Positions 25,082 through 35,198 of a stretch of 57,104 nucleotides of DNA are shown in pieces. The notes under the pieces were generated by a model, which was not told where the DNA came from, searched no databases, and saw only the letters and a program-made list of their open reading frames with translations. Made by a program: the position numbers and the translations under genes. Source of the DNA: Candidatus Levyibacteriota bacterium (GTDB lineage: Bacteria; Patescibacteriota; Microgenomatia; Levybacterales; UBA12049). Each line of letters starts with the position of its first letter. Within the stretch, counting starts at the first letter, position 1. The stretch covers positions 1 through 57,104 of the forward strand of contig JACOXW010000012.1 in NCBI GenBank assembly GCA_016182205.1. Direction: 5' to 3'.

Positions 25082-25879
25082 TCAGCTTGTTAGTACTACG
25101 GGACCTTTAGAGGTGATAGCGACAGTACGCTCAAAAAGACCTGAGACAGATCCGTCTGCGCTCAGAATTGTCCAATCATCTTTCTTACTGTATACGACAT
25201 CCGGTTTTCCCATATTATAGATGATTTCTATCGCAATAACCATACCCTCTACCAGCCGGGGCGTTTTTTCTATTGCCCCTGTCAGAAATCCTGGTACTTC
25301 AGGCTCTTCATGCAGCTGTCTCCCTACACCGTGACCGACGAGACTCCTTACCACTCCATATCCGTGTTTTTTCTCCACAATATCCTGAATGGTTTTGGAG
25401 ATATGACCGATACGGTTTCCTATCTTCGCCTGCCTTATTGCTTCCTCTAATGCTCTCTTCCCAACGTCTAAAAATGTTTGCTTTCCCTCATTTTGAATTT
25501 TGTCCTCGCCCTGAGCTCGGGCTGAAGGGAATTTTGAATTTTGAATTATCTTTGTCTCTGACATATCTGTATGAAACCCATTCAAATATACTCCGCAATC
25601 TATCCCTACAACATCCCCTGGCTTTAACCTATATATTGTCGGAATACCATGCACAACGACATTATTTGTTGAGATACAAATGGTATGATTATAACCTGAA
25701 ACTTTCTTAAATCCCGGTTCACCGCCCTTTTTCCGTATGAGTTCTTCAGCTAACTTATCAAGTTCTATTTCGCTCACACCAGGCTGAGCATATGCTAAAA
25801 CCTTAAAAAGAACATCGGAAAGAATCTTTCCTCCTTTTGCCATAATAGCGATTTCTTTTTCATTTTTAATATGTATCAT
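25082..25879 (-). CDS. map: type I methionine aminopeptidase with an internal insertion
   Basis: Metal ligand motifs are GDVVGIDCG, HTDMS, VGHGVG and AIEIIY. An insertion of about 20 aa (IQNSKFPSARAQGEDKIQNEG) follows the HTDMS motif. Confidence 0.92.
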   Translation of the reverse strand: MIHIKNEKEIAIMAKGGKILSDVLFKVLAYAQPGVSEIELDKLAEELIRKKGGEPGFKKVSGYNHTICISTNNVVVHGIPTIYRLKPGDVVGIDCGVYLNGFHTDMSETKIIQNSKFPSARAQGEDKIQNEGKQTFLDVGKRALEEAIRQAKIGNRIGHISKTIQDIVEKKHGYGVVRSLVGHGVGRQLHEEPEVPGFLTGAIEKTPRLVEGMVIAIEIIYNMGKPDVVYSKKDDWTILSADGSVSGLFERTVAITSKGPVVLTS

Positions 25880-25883
25880 GTCA

Positions 25884-26450
25884 CTATATACCCAGTCTCG
25901 CAAGCAATAAGTCTACTTTTTCATATAAATCTTCAATTTTATCAGTATTATTCTCAAGCATATAATCAGCTATCGCAATTGGTCCGCCTTTATTAAGCAT
26001 CTCCAACTCAGTTATATCTCGTTGACGCACCTTATCCAAAGGCACAGGCCGAATGGGACGATGTGATAAACGAGCATAGCGCTTTTCTGGTTCGGCATAT
26101 ACATGGATCAAAAAAAGTCCGGGAAAATCATTTTTAAGTAACGTATATTCTTCCCACGAATACAACCCGTCAATAGCTATTACAGAGTGGTGCTTTAGCA
26201 ATTCTTCAATCTTCGGTTTTGCTTTCTTTGCATAGGCTGCCATTCCAAGTTCTTTTCTTAATTTCTCACGAAACATTCGTTCATTATCAGGTGTCAGTGG
26301 CAAACCTAATTCTTTCACTCCCTCATCGGTTATCTGTCCAAACCGAACAAACGGAATCCCTTTTTTTTGCAGATATGTTGTTGCTTCACTTTTTCCCGCT
26401 CCCGGCATTCCAACAAAGGCTATAATTGTTTTTTGGGGTGCTTTGGCCAT
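25884..26450 (-). CDS. P-loop nucleotide kinase-like protein (UPF0200 / dNMP-kinase-like)
   Basis: Walker A is VGMPGAGKSE. Its size (188 aa) and layout are those of a small nucleotide kinase. It is distinct from the adjacent adk. Confidence 0.65.
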   Translation of the reverse strand: MAKAPQKTIIAFVGMPGAGKSEATTYLQKKGIPFVRFGQITDEGVKELGLPLTPDNERMFREKLRKELGMAAYAKKAKPKIEELLKHHSVIAIDGLYSWEEYTLLKNDFPGLFLIHVYAEPEKRYARLSHRPIRPVPLDKVRQRDITELEMLNKGGPIAIADYMLENNTDKIEDLYEKVDLLLARLGI

Positions 26451-26452
26451 TG

Positions 26453-26998
26453 TTATTTTTTTACAGTGAGGTGTTTAAGTATTGCTTTGTGTATTTCTTC
26501 TATTTCTTTCTCACCGTCTACTTCAACAAGTTTTCCTTTTTTTCTATAAAAATCGAGTACCGGCTCTGTAAATTTGTGGAATGATTCAATGCGATTACGA
26601 ATAGCTACCAATGTCTCGTCTTCTCTTGTTCCGTCATTTCGGCCGGCAATTCTCCATAAAGCCTCTTTATCAGATATTTCCAAATATATCACTTTATCAA
26701 TGCCGTTTTTAAATGCTTTGGCCTGAATAAGTGTTCTTGGAAATCCGTCCAGAATATATCCTTTTTCATATTCAGGTCTGTTCAAATATTCACTGACAAT
26801 CTTTAAAGTTTTCGAATCAGAGATCAAAAGCCCGGCATTCATAACGACTTTAATCTGCCTACCAAGCGGAGTATGTTCTTTTGCAAGTTCACGGAAAATA
26901 TGTCCTGTAGATAAGTAGGGAACCCCAAAGTCTTTTGCTAAAAGATTTCCTTGCGTAGACTTTCCTGCTCCCTGAATTCCGATTAAAATAAGTTTCAT
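26453..26998 (-). CDS. adk: adenylate kinase (short-lid form)
   Basis: [20 protein letters not shown] and [10 protein letters not shown] motifs. Confidence 0.93.
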   Translation of the reverse strand: MKLILIGIQGAGKSTQGNLLAKDFGVPYLSTGHIFRELAKEHTPLGRQIKVVMNAGLLISDSKTLKIVSEYLNRPEYEKGYILDGFPRTLIQAKAFKNGIDKVIYLEISDKEALWRIAGRNDGTREDETLVAIRNRIESFHKFTEPVLDFYRKKGKLVEVDGEKEIEEIHKAILKHLTVKK

Positions 26999-28290
26999 AA
27001 ATTCCTATCTATAAATGTATCATAGCTTTTCGTAACCAGTTGCGCTTCAATATTTCTAATTGTCTCAAGTACGACCGATACAACGATGAGAACCCCGGTA
27101 CCTCCAATCAGAAGGGTTTGTATTCCGGTCAATTCCTTTGCAATACTTGGAAATATTGCAATTAACCCTAAAAACAATGCACCAACTAGTGTAATCCTGG
27201 TTAAGATATAATTCAAGTAACTCGCCGTCGGCTTACCTGGGCGTACACCCGGAATAAAGCCTCCATACTTTTGTATTTCTTCTGCGATCTTCTTCGGGTT
27301 AAAAATAACTGCTGTATAAAAGTATGTAAATCCGATAACCAAAATAAAATACATGCTATTATACAACATTCCATCGGGAGAAAACCAGTTGTTCATGGCA
27401 AATGCGAAATTTTGAAGAGCTGGGTTTTTTGACGCTGCAAAATAATTTGCAAGAAGAGACGGCAATAAGACTAATGATACTGCAAAAATAATAGGAATAA
27501 CACCTGCCTGGTTCAGACGAAGCGGTAGATGCGTAGACTGTCCTCCATAGATTTTGTTCCCTCGAACTCGTTTTGCATAGAAAACCGGAATTTTCCGGGT
27601 TGCTTCATTCATAAAGACGATTGCCGCAATAACCATAAGCCCCATTGCAAGAAAAATAAGTGTCTGGAATGTTTTATCAGATGTTGCAGTTGTGACCGTC
27701 TGCCCTATTACTACTGGAAGCCTGCCTACTATACCAGCGAAAATAAGGATAGAAATTCCATTTCCAATTCCACGTTCTGTAATGAGCTCTCCAAGCCAAA
27801 CAAGAAACATTGTCCCGGCTGTCATTGTCGCTATGAAGGAAATAATGTCGATTGGGGGTAACGTAGAAATAATACCGGTACTACGTAGTAACGCATACAT
27901 ACCAACTGCTTGAAGCGCGGCAAACGGAACAGTCAGCATTCGTGTATACTGAGTGATTTTTTGACGGCCAGATTCTCCCTCTTTTGAAAGTTCTTCAAGT
28001 TTTGGGAATACCATTGTTAATAATTGCAAAATAATAGAAGCATTAATATATGGATTTAACCCTAGTGCCATAACCGAAAAATTTGCAAGTGTTCCACCGG
28101 AAAAAACATCCAATAGTCCCAAAAACTGATACTGGGAAAAAAGCGCCTTAAGATTTGCAAGATTTACACCAGCAACAGGGATGTGTGCAAAAATACGAAA
28201 AATAAGAAAGATACCTGCCGTAAAAAGAATCTTCCGACGGACATCGGGAGACTGCGAGGCGCTTTTAAAAAGCCCGAGTATATTTTCCAT
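26995..28290 (-). CDS. secY: preprotein translocase subunit SecY
   Basis: Ten-TM protein with [15 protein letters not shown] and [12 protein letters not shown] motifs, in the conserved operon position. Confidence 0.95.
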   Translation of the reverse strand: MENILGLFKSASQSPDVRRKILFTAGIFLIFRIFAHIPVAGVNLANLKALFSQYQFLGLLDVFSGGTLANFSVMALGLNPYINASIILQLLTMVFPKLEELSKEGESGRQKITQYTRMLTVPFAALQAVGMYALLRSTGIISTLPPIDIISFIATMTAGTMFLVWLGELITERGIGNGISILIFAGIVGRLPVVIGQTVTTATSDKTFQTLIFLAMGLMVIAAIVFMNEATRKIPVFYAKRVRGNKIYGGQSTHLPLRLNQAGVIPIIFAVSLVLLPSLLANYFAASKNPALQNFAFAMNNWFSPDGMLYNSMYFILVIGFTYFYTAVIFNPKKIAEEIQKYGGFIPGVRPGKPTASYLNYILTRITLVGALFLGLIAIFPSIAKELTGIQTLLIGGTGVLIVVSVVLETIRNIEAQLVTKSYDTFIDRNL

Positions 28291-28291
28291 T

Positions 28292-28732
28292 TTATCTGAT
28301 TAGGACACTCCCACCAGCTTTTTCAATAATTTTTATTACTTGCTTAGACACAGGGACTTCTACCTTCAAGGGAATTTCTACTTTCCCATCACCTAAAATT
28401 TTGACTCCCAAACGTTTTACGCCAGGTTTTACAATTCCTTTTTCAATCAGTGAATCGACTGTTACTACCGAATCTTTTTGGAAAATATTCAACTCCTTTA
28501 CATTTACTATAAAAGGTTTAAGAGATATTCCTTTATTTTTGCCCTTCCCCCTCAAGAAAGGAAGACGTTTGATAAGAGGAAGTGCACCGCCTTCAAAGGA
28601 TAGAGGAACGCTACTTCGTGCATTTTGTCCTTTTGTACCACGACCTGCTGTCTTAACTCTTCCTGAACCATGTCCTTGGCCGAGTCTGCGCTTACTCTTT
28701 TGACTAATTGTTTTTATGTCGTGTAATTTCAT
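28292..28732 (-). CDS. rplO: 50S ribosomal protein L15
   Basis: [22 protein letters not shown] is the L15 N-terminus. Confidence 0.95.
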   Translation of the reverse strand: MKLHDIKTISQKSKRRLGQGHGSGRVKTAGRGTKGQNARSSVPLSFEGGALPLIKRLPFLRGKGKNKGISLKPFIVNVKELNIFQKDSVVTVDSLIEKGIVKPGVKRLGVKILGDGKVEIPLKVEVPVSKQVIKIIEKAGGSVLIR

Positions 28733-28734
28733 AT

Positions 28735-29217
28735 TTATGTAAATAATGCTGCTTTCTTTTCTTGCTCAATAATTCTTTTTAAGGCTTCCATAGTAGCGTA
28801 GACATTGGATGCCTGATTTTTTGTACCCAATACTTTAGAGGAAATATTGTGAATACCGGCTGCCTCCACTACACTGCGCACGGCGCCTCCTGCTATAACT
28901 CCACTCCCAGGAGGAGCAGGCTTAAGAATTATTTTTGCTGCTCCTAATTTTACATATATCTGTAGCGGAATTGTACCTTTTACAATTGGTACTGTAATTA
29001 GATGTTTTTTGGCAACACTAACGCCTTTTCGGATGGAAGATGCTACATCTGGAGCTTTTCCCAATCCCACTCCCACTCGACCTTTTTTGTCTCCCACAAC
29101 AACCAGCACGGAAAATCCTATCTTATTTCCACCTTTAGTTTTTTTTGAAACCCGGTGGATTTGAATAATCTTTTCTTCAAATTCATTTACTGACCGTTGT
29201 GGTGAAAAATCTGCCAT
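28735..29217 (-). CDS. rpsE: 30S ribosomal protein S5
   Basis: IHRVSKKTKGGNKIGFSVLVVVGDKKGRVGVGLGKA is the S5 signature. Confidence 0.95.
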   Translation of the reverse strand: MADFSPQRSVNEFEEKIIQIHRVSKKTKGGNKIGFSVLVVVGDKKGRVGVGLGKAPDVASSIRKGVSVAKKHLITVPIVKGTIPLQIYVKLGAAKIILKPAPPGSGVIAGGAVRSVVEAAGIHNISSKVLGTKNQASNVYATMEALKRIIEQEKKAALFT

Positions 29218-29564
29218 TAGAATTTTAATCCTCCTTCTTTTACCCCTTCTGCAAATGCCTGTACTCGCCCATGATATTTGTATGGTCCTCTGTCAAAAAC
29301 GATACTTTCTATCTTGTGCTCTTTTGCTCTTTCTGCCAATAATACACCTAACATTTTTGCACGCTCAGCTTTTGTTCCCTTACTATCTTTCAAAAGTTTT
29401 TCTGAAACGCCCAGTATTGTCTCACCTTTTTTATCATCTATCAACTGCGCATATAAAGATGTATTTGAACGGAATACAGAAAGCCGTGGTACTTCCTGTG
29501 TACCTCGAATTTTCTTCCTTACTCGTATTTGTCTTCTTATTCTTTTTATTTGTACGCTATTCAT
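29217..29564 (-). CDS. rplR: 50S ribosomal protein L18
   Basis: PRLSVFRSNTSLYAQLIDD...FDRGPYKYHGRVQAFAEG is the L18 signature. Confidence 0.95.
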   Translation of the reverse strand: MNSVQIKRIRRQIRVRKKIRGTQEVPRLSVFRSNTSLYAQLIDDKKGETILGVSEKLLKDSKGTKAERAKMLGVLLAERAKEHKIESIVFDRGPYKYHGRVQAFAEGVKEGGLKF

Positions 29565-29565
29565 A

Positions 29566-30114
29566 TTATTTTGCTCCTACAGCTTTTGCTGCCTTTCCTA
29601 CCTTACGTCTGATGCGTTCTCCAACATATTTTATCCCTTTTCCTTTATATGGTTCCGGTGGTCTTACCGCACGAATTCGTGCAGCAGTATCTCCAACGAG
29701 TATTTTGTCTGTTCCCGAAACAGTAATCACATTTTCAGCTATTGCAAATGATACGCCCTGCGGTGCTTTAATCTTTACCGGATGAGAAAAACCGACTGAT
29801 AAAGCAATGTCGCTTCCCCCGCCTTGAGCACGGTATCCTACACCTGAAAGTTCTAATTTTTTCTCAAATCCACTTGTTACTCCCTGCACCATGTTTTCAA
29901 GAAGACTTCGCGTCAACCCAAATAAAGCACTGGTGTTTTCTCCTGAAGCTTCTTGTTTCACTTCTATTTTTCCATTTACAATCTGCGCAGTAATACCGCT
30001 GGGAAGCTTATAGGTAAGTGTCGCTTTCGGTCCTGTCACTTTTACCAAACCGTTTTCTATAATAACGGTTGTTCCCTCTTTTAGTATCACTGGAATTTTC
30101 CCTATTTTTGACAT
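29566..30114 (-). CDS. rplF: 50S ribosomal protein L6
   Basis: MSKIGKIPV...GVGYRA...PPEPYKGKGIKY is the L6 signature. Confidence 0.95.
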   Translation of the reverse strand: MSKIGKIPVILKEGTTVIIENGLVKVTGPKATLTYKLPSGITAQIVNGKIEVKQEASGENTSALFGLTRSLLENMVQGVTSGFEKKLELSGVGYRAQGGGSDIALSVGFSHPVKIKAPQGVSFAIAENVITVSGTDKILVGDTAARIRAVRPPEPYKGKGIKYVGERIRRKVGKAAKAVGAK

Positions 30115-30133
30115 AGTAAAATACTATCTGGCG

Positions 30134-30529
30134 TTACCAGATTTTGAAAAGAAGTTCTCCACCAACTTCTTCTTTGACTGCCTCCTGATCAGTCAAAATA
30201 CCTTTATTTGTTGACATTACTGATATTCCCGTCCCTTTTCTAAATCGTTTTGGTACCGTCTGTGCTTTCACATATACGCGAAGTGACGGTTTCGAGATTA
30301 TTTTTACATCCGTAATAGCAGGTATACGTTTTTCATACCGGATTGTAGCTGTTAGTATATTTTTACCGTCTTGTTCTTCTTGTTTTACCGATGTTAAAAA
30401 TTTGTTTTTCACCAGCACATCACAGATTGCCTTATTCATTTTTGAGTATGTCAAAAAAACAGTCTTCCTTCGTGCATTTGAAGCATTTTTAATTCGTATA
30501 AGTAAATCACTAATTTGATAATTTGTCAT
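30134..30529 (-). CDS. rpsH: 30S ribosomal protein S8
   Basis: ISDLLIRIKNA...GISVMSTNKGILTDQEA...GGELLFKIW is the S8 signature. Confidence 0.95.
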   Translation of the reverse strand: MTNYQISDLLIRIKNASNARRKTVFLTYSKMNKAICDVLVKNKFLTSVKQEEQDGKNILTATIRYEKRIPAITDVKIISKPSLRVYVKAQTVPKRFRKGTGISVMSTNKGILTDQEAVKEEVGGELLFKIW

Positions 30530-30542
30530 ATTTTTCCTTTCT

Positions 30543-30728
30543 TTACCAACTTGCTTTAACTACACCAGGTAATTGGCCTTTAGAGGCTAATTCCCTAAAA
30601 CAGATCCTGCAAAGACCAAATTTTCTTAAGTATGCCCGTGCTCGTCCGCAAAGGTTACATCTGTTTCGCTGTCTTGTAGTGAATTTTTGTTTTTTTTGAA
30701 ATTTTACAATATCAGATGTTTTTGCCAT
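30543..30728 (-). CDS. rpsN: 30S ribosomal protein S14, zinc-binding type Z (61 aa)
   Basis: [25 protein letters not shown]...GVVKASW contains CxxC...CxxC. Confidence 0.95.
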   Translation of the reverse strand: MAKTSDIVKFQKKQKFTTRQRNRCNLCGRARAYLRKFGLCRICFRELASKGQLPGVVKASW

Positions 30729-30731
30729 AAA

Positions 30732-31274
30732 TTATCCTTTCTGGAAAGGGAAACCCAATGCTTCAAGCAATGCTATCCCTTCTTCATTATTTTTTGCTGT
30801 CGTTACTATACATACTTCAAGACCATGTGTTCTATCAACTTTCCCAGGATCAATTTCAGGAAAAACGGTCTGCTCACTGAATCCGAGCGTATAATTACCG
30901 TGCCCATCAAATTTTTGTTTTGAAACACCATGGAAATCTCTAATACGAGGCATAACAATTGAAATAAGCTTTCCTAAAAAGTCGTACATTCGTTTTCCCC
31001 GTAATGTTACTACTGCACCAATCTTATCTCCCTGTCTAAGCTTAAATGAAGCGATAGACTGTCGAGCCTTGGTTATTTTCGGTTTTTGTCCCGTAATTTG
31101 AGTGAGCATTTCTACCGCACTCTGTACGTTTTTCTTGTCGAGAACCGCACCACGTATTCCCGTATTTACAACAATTTTAGAAACATGTGGAACTGCCATA
31201 GGATTTTTGACTCCTAATTTTTCTTTTAGTGCTTCTTTTACAGTCTTTGTATATTTTTCTTGCAATGTACTCAT
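30732..31274 (-). CDS. rplE: 50S ribosomal protein L5
   Basis: PHVSKIVVNTGI...FDGHGNYTLGFSEQTVFPEI is the L5 signature. Confidence 0.95.
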   Translation of the reverse strand: MSTLQEKYTKTVKEALKEKLGVKNPMAVPHVSKIVVNTGIRGAVLDKKNVQSAVEMLTQITGQKPKITKARQSIASFKLRQGDKIGAVVTLRGKRMYDFLGKLISIVMPRIRDFHGVSKQKFDGHGNYTLGFSEQTVFPEIDPGKVDRTHGLEVCIVTTAKNNEEGIALLEALGFPFQKG

Positions 31275-31576
31275 AGTGTTTGTTTACATTTTTTACAAAC
31301 TCTCACTTTTTCTCCTGATTCCATCATATATCCCACTCTAGTTATCTGCTTACATTTCGGGCAAACAAGTGCTACATTTTCAGCCGGCAACGGTTTGACA
31401 ATTGTTTTAATTTCAGATTTTTGACCACCAGTACGAGACTTTACATGACGCTTATATTGGTTTACTTCGGGAAGCAATACTTTATTTTCCTTTGTATAAA
31501 CTGCAGCAATTTTTGCGCTTTTGCCTTTATCTTTTCCTTTAATAACTTGTACTGTATCTCCTGTTTTAAGTTTCAT
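31271..31576 (-). CDS. rplX: 50S ribosomal protein L24 (KOW) with CxxC...CxxC pairs
   Basis: The KOW motif is KTGDTVQVIKGKDKGK. The C-terminus is CPKCKQ...CKKCKQ. Confidence 0.93.
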   Translation of the reverse strand: MKLKTGDTVQVIKGKDKGKSAKIAAVYTKENKVLLPEVNQYKRHVKSRTGGQKSEIKTIVKPLPAENVALVCPKCKQITRVGYMMESGEKVRVCKKCKQTL

Positions 31577-31587
31577 AAGTAATAATT

Positions 31588-31962
31588 TTAAACTATTTCA
31601 ACTGCCATACTGGCAATTTTTGCAAATCCTCTGTCTTTAACTTCTCGAGCAATTGGCCCAAAAATACGGGTACCACGAGGATTTTTATCTTTAGGGTTAT
31701 CAATAAGTACTGCCGCATTATCCGAAAACCGAATATATGAACCGTCCGGACGGCGTACTTCCTTACGTGTCCGGACTACAACTGCCTTAACAATCTCACT
31801 GTCTTTTACTTGTCCTGTTGGTGATGCTTCTTTAACAACGCAGTTAATAATATCTCCAATAGAGCCTTTTCTGCGTTTTGATCCTCCAAAAATATGAATA
31901 ACCATAAGTATTTTGGCTCCTGAATTATCCGCAGCTTTTAACATAGATCGATGTTGTATCAT
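31588..31962 (-). CDS. rplN: 50S ribosomal protein L14
   Basis: [17 protein letters not shown]...[10 protein letters not shown]...GPIAREV is the L14 signature. Confidence 0.95.
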   Translation of the reverse strand: MIQHRSMLKAADNSGAKILMVIHIFGGSKRRKGSIGDIINCVVKEASPTGQVKDSEIVKAVVVRTRKEVRRPDGSYIRFSDNAAVLIDNPKDKNPRGTRIFGPIAREVKDRGFAKIASMAVEIV

Positions 31963-32243
31963 TTCTTTTTCTCCTTTGACTCGCCGGAGTTATTTTTAAC
32001 GGGAGCGGCCTTTTTTATACCGGGTGTCAACACTGTAAAATATTTGTCTTTTGATATCGGTCTGGTCTCAACAATCTTTATCTTATCACCCATATTAAAT
32101 TTTTTTCCTACCGTATCAACTTTATACCGCTTGCTTCTTTTTAATAATTTTTTATAAAGTGGGTGTGCTACCCGGCGAGTAACTGCCACTACTATGGTAT
32201 TATTCATTTTTGTTGACACAACTACTCCATTAAGTATTCTCAT
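31959..32243 (-). CDS. rpsQ: 30S ribosomal protein S17
   Basis: [18 protein letters not shown]...HPLYKK...[14 protein letters not shown]. The ATG at 32243 overlaps the rpmC 3' end by 14 nt. Confidence 0.92.
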   Translation of the reverse strand: MRILNGVVVSTKMNNTIVVAVTRRVAHPLYKKLLKRSKRYKVDTVGKKFNMGDKIKIVETRPISKDKYFTVLTPGIKKAAPVKNNSGESKEKKK

Positions 32244-32442
32244 GTTTTTTCTCCTTTTCACTTAAAATCGTTAAGATTATAGCAATTTCTTTCCTTTTAT
32301 GCCTGAGTAAGGAAGGATTTTTTAACTTTCCTTGCGTGAAATCAATCCGTGCTTTAAATAATTCATCACGTATTTCAGAGAGCATCGTATATAACTCTTT
32401 TTCCTTTTTCCCATGTATTTCTTGTTTTTGTTTCATTTTCAT
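32230..32442 (-). CDS. rpmC: 50S ribosomal protein L29
   Basis: ELYTMLSEIRDELFKARIDFTQGKLKNPSLLRHKRKEIA is the L29 pattern. The start could be 32442 or 32436. Confidence 0.9.
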   Translation of the reverse strand: MKMKQKQEIHGKKEKELYTMLSEIRDELFKARIDFTQGKLKNPSLLRHKRKEIAIILTILSEKEKKHENT

Positions 32443-32470
32443 AGTTTTATATTGATATTTCAAAACAGCA

Positions 32471-32875
32471 TTACTTCTCAATAATTCGTGTTTTTAATGA
32501 TAATTTATGTGACGCCAAACGCAAAGCAGCAAATGCTATCTCTTTTGAAACCCCTCCCATTTCAAACAATATTCGTCCCGGTTTTACTACTGCCACATAT
32601 TCGAATACATCTCCCTTTCCGCTTCCCATCCTTACTTCTGGCGGTTTTTTAGTGATTGGCTTATCAGGAAAAATACGAATCCACAGTCTTCCACCGCGTT
32701 GAGTATAGTGAGTAATTGCTCGTCGCGCTGCTTCAATTTGTCGTGCACTTACCCATGCTTGTGCTTCTGCAGCAAGCCCAAAATCACCATATGTCATCTG
32801 CGTGCCACTATGTGCATTTCCTTTCATACTGCCTCTATGTTGCTTTCTATATTTTGCTCGCTTGGGTAATAACAT
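32471..32875 (-). CDS. rplP: 50S ribosomal protein L16
   Basis: [15 protein letters not shown]...[10 protein letters not shown]...[12 protein letters not shown] is the L16 signature. Confidence 0.95.
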   Translation of the reverse strand: MLLPKRAKYRKQHRGSMKGNAHSGTQMTYGDFGLAAEAQAWVSARQIEAARRAITHYTQRGGRLWIRIFPDKPITKKPPEVRMGSGKGDVFEYVAVVKPGRILFEMGGVSKEIAFAALRLASHKLSLKTRIIEK

Positions 32876-32877
32876 AT

Positions 32878-33528
32878 TTACTCTCCTTCACCCCGATTAA
32901 TCCACACTTTTACTCCAATATATCCTTTTTTCGTCAAAGCCGGAACGCTTGCGAAAATAATATGAGCCCTAATAGTGGACAAAGGGACTGTACCTTTCTG
33001 TAATTTTTCTCTTCTGCCGATTTCGGCCCCTGCTATACGTCCTGAGAGAACTATGCGTATCCCTTTTGCGCCAGCACCCATCACTTTTTCTCCTGCCTGT
33101 GCCATAACTCTTTTATGAGGTAGTCGTTTTACTAGCTGATCGGATATCATTTTTGCCACAAGATAGGCGTCAAGATTCGGCTCCTTCACTGGCTCAACAA
33201 GAATATCAATTTTGGAAATATTTTTTTTATCTTTTGCAAAAGATCCCACAAGTTTTTCCAAAAACTTTTTCAGTTCCTCAAGCCCACTTCCTGCCCGACC
33301 GATAACGATACCCGGCCGAGAAACAAATGCGGTAATCTTCACATTTCTAATTGATCTGTCTATTTCAATTCGGGAAACACCGGCAAATTTAAGCTTTTCC
33401 ATCAGAGCTTTCCGAATCTTAATATCTTCAAGTAATATATCTTTATATCGATCTTTCTCAAACCAACGACTTTCCCAACCGTAAATATTACCGATTCTTA
33501 TTAAGTGTGGATTTACTTTCTGTCCCAT
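32878..33528 (-). CDS. rpsC: 30S ribosomal protein S3
   Basis: [15 protein letters not shown] domain, and [12 protein letters not shown] motif. Confidence 0.95.
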   Translation of the reverse strand: MGQKVNPHLIRIGNIYGWESRWFEKDRYKDILLEDIKIRKALMEKLKFAGVSRIEIDRSIRNVKITAFVSRPGIVIGRAGSGLEELKKFLEKLVGSFAKDKKNISKIDILVEPVKEPNLDAYLVAKMISDQLVKRLPHKRVMAQAGEKVMGAGAKGIRIVLSGRIAGAEIGRREKLQKGTVPLSTIRAHIIFASVPALTKKGYIGVKVWINRGEGE

Positions 33529-33598
33529 AAATCAAGTGAAAAATGCAAAATGTAAAGTGTAAAATTAAGAAACTTTATTGTAAAATATTTTTCCCTAT

Positions 33599-33970
33599 TT
33601 ATTTTACGTTTTTCGCTTTACTCTTTGCGCTTTCTCCCCCTTTCTCTCCTAAAACAATCTTTACATGGCTTGTCCGTTTCTTATATGGATGTACTCTTCC
33701 TCGAGAACTTGGATGAAAGCGTTTCAGTACCGGTCCATCAAATATTTCAATCTGTTTTACAAAAAGAGCTGATGCTTCTAACTTGGCATTATTTTCCGCA
33801 TTTGCGATAGCACTTTTCAACGTCTTGGCGAGTGCAGATGCTGCTCTTTTCCGCGTTTGCTCAAGGACCTCAAGCGCCTGATGGGCTGGTACTTTACGAA
33901 TTGCATCAGCCACCAACCGCATTTTACGCGGTGCAATATGAACAGATGTAGTTTTTGCAATTATATCCAT
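33599..33970 (-). CDS. rplV: 50S ribosomal protein L22
   Basis: VHIAPRKMRLVADAIR...GPVLKRFHPSSRGRVHPYKKRTSH. I prefer the ATG at 33970 over the TTG at 33979. Confidence 0.93.
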   Translation of the reverse strand: MDIIAKTTSVHIAPRKMRLVADAIRKVPAHQALEVLEQTRKRAASALAKTLKSAIANAENNAKLEASALFVKQIEIFDGPVLKRFHPSSRGRVHPYKKRTSHVKIVLGEKGGESAKSKAKNVK

Positions 33971-34048
33971 ATAATTCAAGCTTTTAGTTGTTAGTCTTTT
34001 AGGGTCTAGTTCATTTCAAACTAAACACTAAACGCTAATTTCTAAACG

Positions 34049-34333
34049 CTACGTCTTAGAAATTTCTCGAGCGACTACTCGACCATGACTTCTAAATGTC
34101 CTTGTTGGTGAAAACTCACCCAGTCGATATCCCACCATTCCTTCTACAATAAGAACAGGAATAAAAACCTTTCCATTATGGACAGCAATGGTATGTCCCA
34201 CAAATTCAGGTGAAATCTGAGATGTACGACTCCATGTTTTAATAGGCGCTCTATCACCAGATTGTTTCTGTTTTGTAATTTTTTTTAACAATCGTTCGTC
34301 TACAAATGGACCTTTTTTTGCTGATCTACTCAT
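34049..34333 (-). CDS. rpsS: 30S ribosomal protein S19
   Basis: [12 protein letters not shown]...[10 protein letters not shown]...[13 protein letters not shown] is the S19 signature. Confidence 0.95.
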   Translation of the reverse strand: MSRSAKKGPFVDERLLKKITKQKQSGDRAPIKTWSRTSQISPEFVGHTIAVHNGKVFIPVLIVEGMVGYRLGEFSPTRTFRSHGRVVAREISKT

Positions 34334-34350
34334 AAATAGTTCTTAATTAT

Positions 34351-34410
34351 TAGTTGAGAGTTCATAGTAGGATCTTTTTCTTTATTTCTCTGAACTATGA
34401 ACTCATAACT
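34351..34410. repeat. ~18-bp imperfect inverted repeat (TAGTTGAGAGTTCATAGT / ACTATGAACTCATAACT) in the rplB-rpsS spacer
   Basis: Arms at 34351-34368 and 34394-34410 with an 11-bp perfect core (GAGTTCATAGT). Single arms recur at 35180-35197 and 47784-47800. Confidence 0.75.
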
Positions 34411-34412
34411 CT

Positions 34413-35159
34413 TTACTTTTTCCGTTTCCTCCTCTGAATAATATATTTGTCAGAATATTTATTTGGTCTTCGTCTTTTTCCTACTGCTTTCTTTCCTGCA
34501 TAGGTCTTTGGGTATTTTAACCCGACACCGCTTCGTCCTTCTCCTCCACCATGAGGGTGAGAACGAGGGTTTTGCGCTGTTCCACGAACTACTGGTCTTA
34601 TACCCATATGACGAGCGCGACCAGCTTTTCCTATAACTTCATTCTTCCATTCTATATTTCCAAGCTGTCCAACGGTGGCATAACCATTCCCGTAGACTTT
34701 CCTTATCTCACCTGAAGGGAGCTTTAGATGGACAAATTTGCCTTCCCGAGCTTGGATAAGCGCTGCTGTTCCAGCGCTTCTTGCCATTTGGCCACCTTTT
34801 CCTGATGTCAGTTCAATATTGTGAACAAAAGTACCGACTGGTAAAACGTGCAAAGGAAGTGCATTGCCAACTTGCACATCTACTGTTTCTCCTGAAACTA
34901 CGACGTCTCCAACTCGCAAACCTTCCGGCGCGAGAATGTAGCGTTTCTCTCCATCAGAATATTGAATCAGTGCAATATCTACTGTTCTATTCGGATCGTA
35001 CTCTACTGAAGTTACTTTTCCGGTAACGCCTATTTTATCACGTTTGAAGTCAATAAGCCTGAGGAATCGCTTATGTTGTCCTCCTTGATGACGAACAACC
35101 ACTTTCCCTGATGTGTCTCTCCCTGAATATTTCTTTTTAATTCTTTTTAGTCTTTTCAT
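34413..35159 (-). CDS. rplB: 50S ribosomal protein L2
   Basis: [49 protein letters not shown]. Confidence 0.95.
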   Translation of the reverse strand: MKRLKRIKKKYSGRDTSGKVVVRHQGGQHKRFLRLIDFKRDKIGVTGKVTSVEYDPNRTVDIALIQYSDGEKRYILAPEGLRVGDVVVSGETVDVQVGNALPLHVLPVGTFVHNIELTSGKGGQMARSAGTAALIQAREGKFVHLKLPSGEIRKVYGNGYATVGQLGNIEWKNEVIGKAGRARHMGIRPVVRGTAQNPRSHPHGGGEGRSGVGLKYPKTYAGKKAVGKRRRPNKYSDKYIIQRRKRKK

Positions 35160-35198
35160 ATTCTTTTTTTCCTTTTCAAACTATGAACTCGTAACTAT

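Noticed and set aside
29255-29785. Plus-strand ORFs of 176 aa and 157 aa.
   Set aside because: They are antisense to rplR and rplF, have low-complexity hydrophobic sequence, and show no start signals.
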